Shown piece after piece: positions 28,808 to 32,000 of a stretch of 32,000 nucleotides of DNA. The notes under the pieces are model-generated. The model was not told the DNA's origin, made no database searches, and saw nothing but the letters and a program-made list of their open reading frames with translations. A program made the translations under genes and the position numbers. The stretch is from positions 2,580,001 through 2,612,000 of the forward strand of contig NC_006138.1 of NCBI RefSeq assembly GCF_000025945.1. The letters are read 5' to 3'. Numbering within the stretch: position 1 is the stretch's first letter; each line of letters starts with the position of its first letter. Source of the stretch: Desulfotalea psychrophila LSv54. GTDB taxonomy: Bacteria > Desulfobacterota > Desulfobulbia > Desulfobulbales > Desulfocapsaceae.

Positions 28808-30487
28808 TCAAAATCCAGGGTTGGCAAGTATCTCATCTACAGCCTTTGCCTGGCGCATCTTGGTCTCCAGAAACTCTCTGTCCATGGCCGCGGCACTGAC
28901 ATCCATTATTTCCGCCAACTCACCAATTTTGCCCTGCTCCGCCAGAGTAGATATTTTTTCCAGGTTTTCCTTAAAGCTCTCGACAATCTTCCATCCCTCG
29001 CCCTTCGTGGCCATAATCTCGGCATAGGTACGTGAATTTTGATTGTGAATACGGGCCATGGCCAGGATGCCATAGATTGAGGTCAGGGTGGAGTGACTTT
29101 CAATCTCTTCCCGGCCAATACCGTGTTCATGCAGGGTCATGGCAATAGCAATGGAGATTGCCGTGGGCAATTTCTGGCCCAGGCCCATGAGCAGATCGTG
29201 TTGAGACTCTGTATCATGATGAATGTCCGCCCCATGCTTATACAGAAAGGCCTCAAATTCACTACTGAAGCTACCACTGCGAACGGTACGTACCACATTA
29301 ACGTTTTTATCCTTCATGGTCAGGGCCTGTGGCCCCCAGAGATTGTGGACAAACATCACCTCAACTCCCGGCGATGTTGCCTCCATGGCTGCGGCAATAT
29401 TACGTTCGGACTCCCCTGCCAGAATAATCATGGCCTGGCCGTCCCGAAGGAGAGGGCCGTACTGTTTGATAGTTGAGGCCGTTACCGAAATAGGAACGCA
29501 GACCATAACAACATCCACCTTGGCAATCATCTCCCTAGGGGTAAGAGGAGTGCTTCTGCCAGTGACAAATGTTTCATATCCCTCATTGCCCAGTCTATCG
29601 GCAAACCATCTACTCATCGCTCCTGAACCGATAAAGCCAAAGGAGTGGATGTTCTTCACCCGCATATCAACCCGGGGAAAAGAGCCCAAAAGACGAAAGG
29701 CCCCCTCCTCCTGAATAATTTTGTTTTCCAGAACGGCAAGGGCACCCTGAAGATTGGGGCTATCCATATGCCCTTCAAGCTCCAGATAGATACGCAGTTT
29801 CTGGGTCTTGATATCATTTTCTGACTGAAGATCTAAGATATTGATTCCTCTTCTGGTAAACTCACCCAGTATATCAGAGAGAATTCCAACCCGGTCACGA
29901 AGAGGTTTGGTGATAAAGGCCGTGGCGTCATAACCCGTAGCTAGGGCAATATCTTTACCAATAACGGCATAACGGGTCTTGTTATGGGGGACTAACTCGC
30001 GAATCATGAGGTCTAAGCCATGCTCTCTTATGAACTCTTCGGACTCAATGATAGCATACTGATCCCGCTCCTCCGCCCTGATATCCTCTATGGCCATGCC
30101 AATATCTGCCACAGCCATCCGTGTTACCTCGGGAAACCTCTCATTAATATATTGGTGACACTGACGGAAAACTGAATCAGTACTGATGATGATCTTAATC
30201 TGGCCAGGTGTTTTGCTAAGGCGCCCAAGGGAGAGATTGATAGGAAGAATAATATTATCGATCCAAGACCCACAGCCCATTTTTTCAACGAGGTGCCTAT
30301 TTTTCTTTATCTCTCCTTCCCGGGTATTATAGACAGGAAGAACAATATAGTCGGCATCGCCATTAACAAAGGCCTGCTGAAGAGCCGTTACCTGTTGATA
30401 TTCTACTATCCGGGCGCTAGGAGAGTAGAGACTGGCAGCTCGATGGCTGTTGGAAAATATTGGACCGAGGATTGCAATAACAGGCAT
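28808..30487 (-). CDS. tyrA: Three-part fusion: prephenate dehydratase-like domain, ACT domain, prephenate dehydrogenase (TyrA) domain
   Basis: N-terminal VIAILGPIFSNSHRAA...YIVLPVYNTREGEI...HNKTRYAVIGK resembles PheA; ITKPLRDRVGILSDILGEFTRRGINILDLQS is ACT; HSFGFIGSGAMSRWFADRLGNEGYETFVTGRS...VMVCVPISVT...FVHNLWGP is TyrA-like. Confidence 0.85.
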   Translation of the reverse strand: MPVIAILGPIFSNSHRAASLYSPSARIVEYQQVTALQQAFVNGDADYIVLPVYNTREGEIKKNRHLVEKMGCGSWIDNIILPINLSLGRLSKTPGQIKIIISTDSVFRQCHQYINERFPEVTRMAVADIGMAIEDIRAEERDQYAIIESEEFIREHGLDLMIRELVPHNKTRYAVIGKDIALATGYDATAFITKPLRDRVGILSDILGEFTRRGINILDLQSENDIKTQKLRIYLELEGHMDSPNLQGALAVLENKIIQEEGAFRLLGSFPRVDMRVKNIHSFGFIGSGAMSRWFADRLGNEGYETFVTGRSTPLTPREMIAKVDVVMVCVPISVTASTIKQYGPLLRDGQAMIILAGESERNIAAAMEATSPGVEVMFVHNLWGPQALTMKDKNVNVVRTVRSGSFSSEFEAFLYKHGADIHHDTESQHDLLMGLGQKLPTAISIAIAMTLHEHGIGREEIESHSTLTSIYGILAMARIHNQNSRTYAEIMATKGEGWKIVESFKENLEKISTLAEQGKIGELAEIMDVSAAAMDREFLETKMRQAKAVDEILANPGF

Positions 30488-30784
30488 AATCTATCTCTTA
30501 CGTTTTTTGTTTGAGCAAGGGGTGAAAACAACAGCGTCAAGATAATCTTTCTCTCCTCTATGCTAGCCTCTAGCATAAAAAGAGATATTTAGACTAGCCC
30601 TTCTCCCCGGCTAAAGCAACCATTTAGAAATTTGCCCCCAGGCCATAGCCTATCCCATACACGCCCTCCCCTCTCTTAGGATAGCGCCAAGCCCCCAAGG
30701 CTGCATTGAAATTCAGTCCTCAACCGATAACTATTTAAGATAAATGGGCAAACAGCCCTAGACCTGAGTCACCAACAAAAAACA

Positions 30785-30823
30785 AAAAAAAACGCCCTCT
30801 GTTCTTTAGAACAGGGGGCGTTT
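30785..30823 (-). terminator. Rho-independent terminator downstream of the SH3 protein gene
   Basis: Reverse strand AAACGCCCCCTGTTCTAAAGAACAGAGGGCGTTTTTTTTTT: long stem plus U-run. Confidence 0.93.
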
Positions 30824-30848
30824 CATAACTAGTGAGACAGGGCTGCGA

Positions 30849-31319
30849 CTATTTTTGAGGCCAAAGAAGGGTCTTATATATCCAACCAACTGATCCCTGA
30901 CTATGTTTAACCTTAACCCAACCATCTTTGACTGTAATTCTGGTCAGGACAACACCACGCTCAACTTCGGCAATAACGGGACTGTTCTTACCGGGACCTG
31001 ATCGCATATTGCCAGTTTTTTTAACATTAACAATAACGGTATCATTTTTTCTTACCAGAGGGGCATAAACCCAACCCCGGTCTTTTTCGTAGTCAACAAC
31101 CTCATACCAATCATTTTTTTTATTTACAACCCGCAGAGGCCACCCCTCAAAAAGCTCCATAACAATCTCTTCTTTGGTAGTAGGACCCTTACGGATGTTA
31201 ACCCCATCCTTGGCAATTGTCACAAATTGAGCAGCCTGACAGGAAAGAGAGAACAACAGAAAAAATAGTGCTAACGACAGGATAACAGTACGTTTAGTTT
31301 TAGCTATTGGTCTAGACAT
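30849..31319 (-). CDS. Secreted/periplasmic protein with two bacterial SH3-like domains
   Basis: Signal-like N-terminus ILSLALFFLLFSLSCQAAQF; VNIRKGPTTKEEIVMEL..WPLRVVNKKNDWYEV and NMRSGPGKNSPVIAEVERGVVLTRITVKDGWVKVKHSQGSVGWIYK. Confidence 0.88.
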   Translation of the reverse strand: MSRPIAKTKRTVILSLALFFLLFSLSCQAAQFVTIAKDGVNIRKGPTTKEEIVMELFEGWPLRVVNKKNDWYEVVDYEKDRGWVYAPLVRKNDTVIVNVKKTGNMRSGPGKNSPVIAEVERGVVLTRITVKDGWVKVKHSQGSVGWIYKTLLWPQK

Positions 31320-31667
31320 ATTTTTTATTTTGTAATAGTAAAATTATTGCTATAAAAGTTGATTGCCATACCATAAAATTGACGATTAAGCATCATATTC
31401 TATTGCAAAGCAACATTCTCTAAGGCCTTGAAACTATAAAAGCTATAGCATTTCTATGACAATAAGTCAAATAGCTCTGTTTTCGACAAATAATCACCCC
31501 GGAATCTCCTCAGCGGACAGTCCACCCCTCTCTTAGCACATGCCAATGAGCTAAGGCATAGGAGAGAAACCATCTACTAAGCCATAAAGACCTCTTACAG
31601 CCTAGCAAAAAAGAAAGGTACTTGTCAAACGGGGAGGAGCACAATCTCTAAAACGGCGCAAGTGACA

Positions 31668-32000
31668 CTATTCAGCAGATGGTGGAGCAACTGACAGTCG
31701 CCTCTCACCAGGGGCAACCCGAACAGTGCTACCCAGCAAAAGGGGGTGATTATCCATGATATGTCCCGAACGAATACCTGCCAGAACAGGGATATTACGC
31801 TTGCCAACAATTTCCAGCAGCCGAGACCATACCATCTCCCTATGGCGCATTTTCTCCATTGAAGACTCATGTCCACTTACAGAAAAATCACCGAGGAGAA
31901 TCCCGGCAACATCTTTGAATTTGCCTGCATAGGCAAGTTGGGTCAACATTCTATCAATCCGATAAATGGGCTCACCCACGTCCTCTAAAAAGACAAACTT
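31668..32000 (-). CDS. LD-carboxypeptidase (peptidase S66 family), C-terminal part, runs off the right edge
   Basis: EPIYRIDRMLTQLAYAGKFKDVAGILLGDFS...NIPVLAGIRSGHIMDNHPLLLGSTVRV; frame stays open to the window end. Confidence 0.88.
   Translation of the reverse strand, partial: KFVFLEDVGEPIYRIDRMLTQLAYAGKFKDVAGILLGDFSVSGHESSMEKMRHREMVWSRLLEIVGKRNIPVLAGIRSGHIMDNHPLLLGSTVRVAPGERRLSVAPPSAE

Noticed and set aside
1-32000. CRISPR array, retron, or restriction-modification genes
   Set aside because: No regularly spaced repeats, reverse transcriptase, Cas, or R-M motifs found on reading either strand or the ORF list.

Overview
Bacterial chromosomal window. Gene content (tripartite tricarboxylate transporter, PilJ-type MCP, HD-GYP protein) and residue-level look suggest a deltaproteobacterium such as a Desulfotalea/Desulfobulbales member; this is inference, no search was run. 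From the left it contains: a TctC/TctA/TctB transporter block; a three-subunit FAD/[2Fe-2S] amine dehydrogenase of the HcnABC/opine-oxidase type; a DUF1653 protein; a degenerate RluA-like domain fused to an RlmI-like methyltransferase; TrmO; an accessory stretch (9.3-12.4 kb) with a predicted membrane protein, a decayed PH-like gene and a stand-alone SIR2-like protein with a zinc-ribbon insert; an HD-GYP protein and a chemotaxis receptor; a TPP riboswitch followed by an Nramp-fold transporter lacking the canonical metal-binding motif; a gene graveyard (17.8-21.3 kb) with an IS1-family remnant, a collapsed outer-membrane gene and a frameshifted queD; then mostly core genes (trmN6, yifB/comM, thiL, dCMP deaminase, alpha/beta hydrolase, tRNA-His, a PheA-like/ACT/TyrA fusion, SH3 protein, LD-carboxypeptidase). 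The strongest leads are the TPP-riboswitch/Nramp-like pair and the SIR2-containing accessory segment. I see no CRISPR array and no clearly new multi-gene system.
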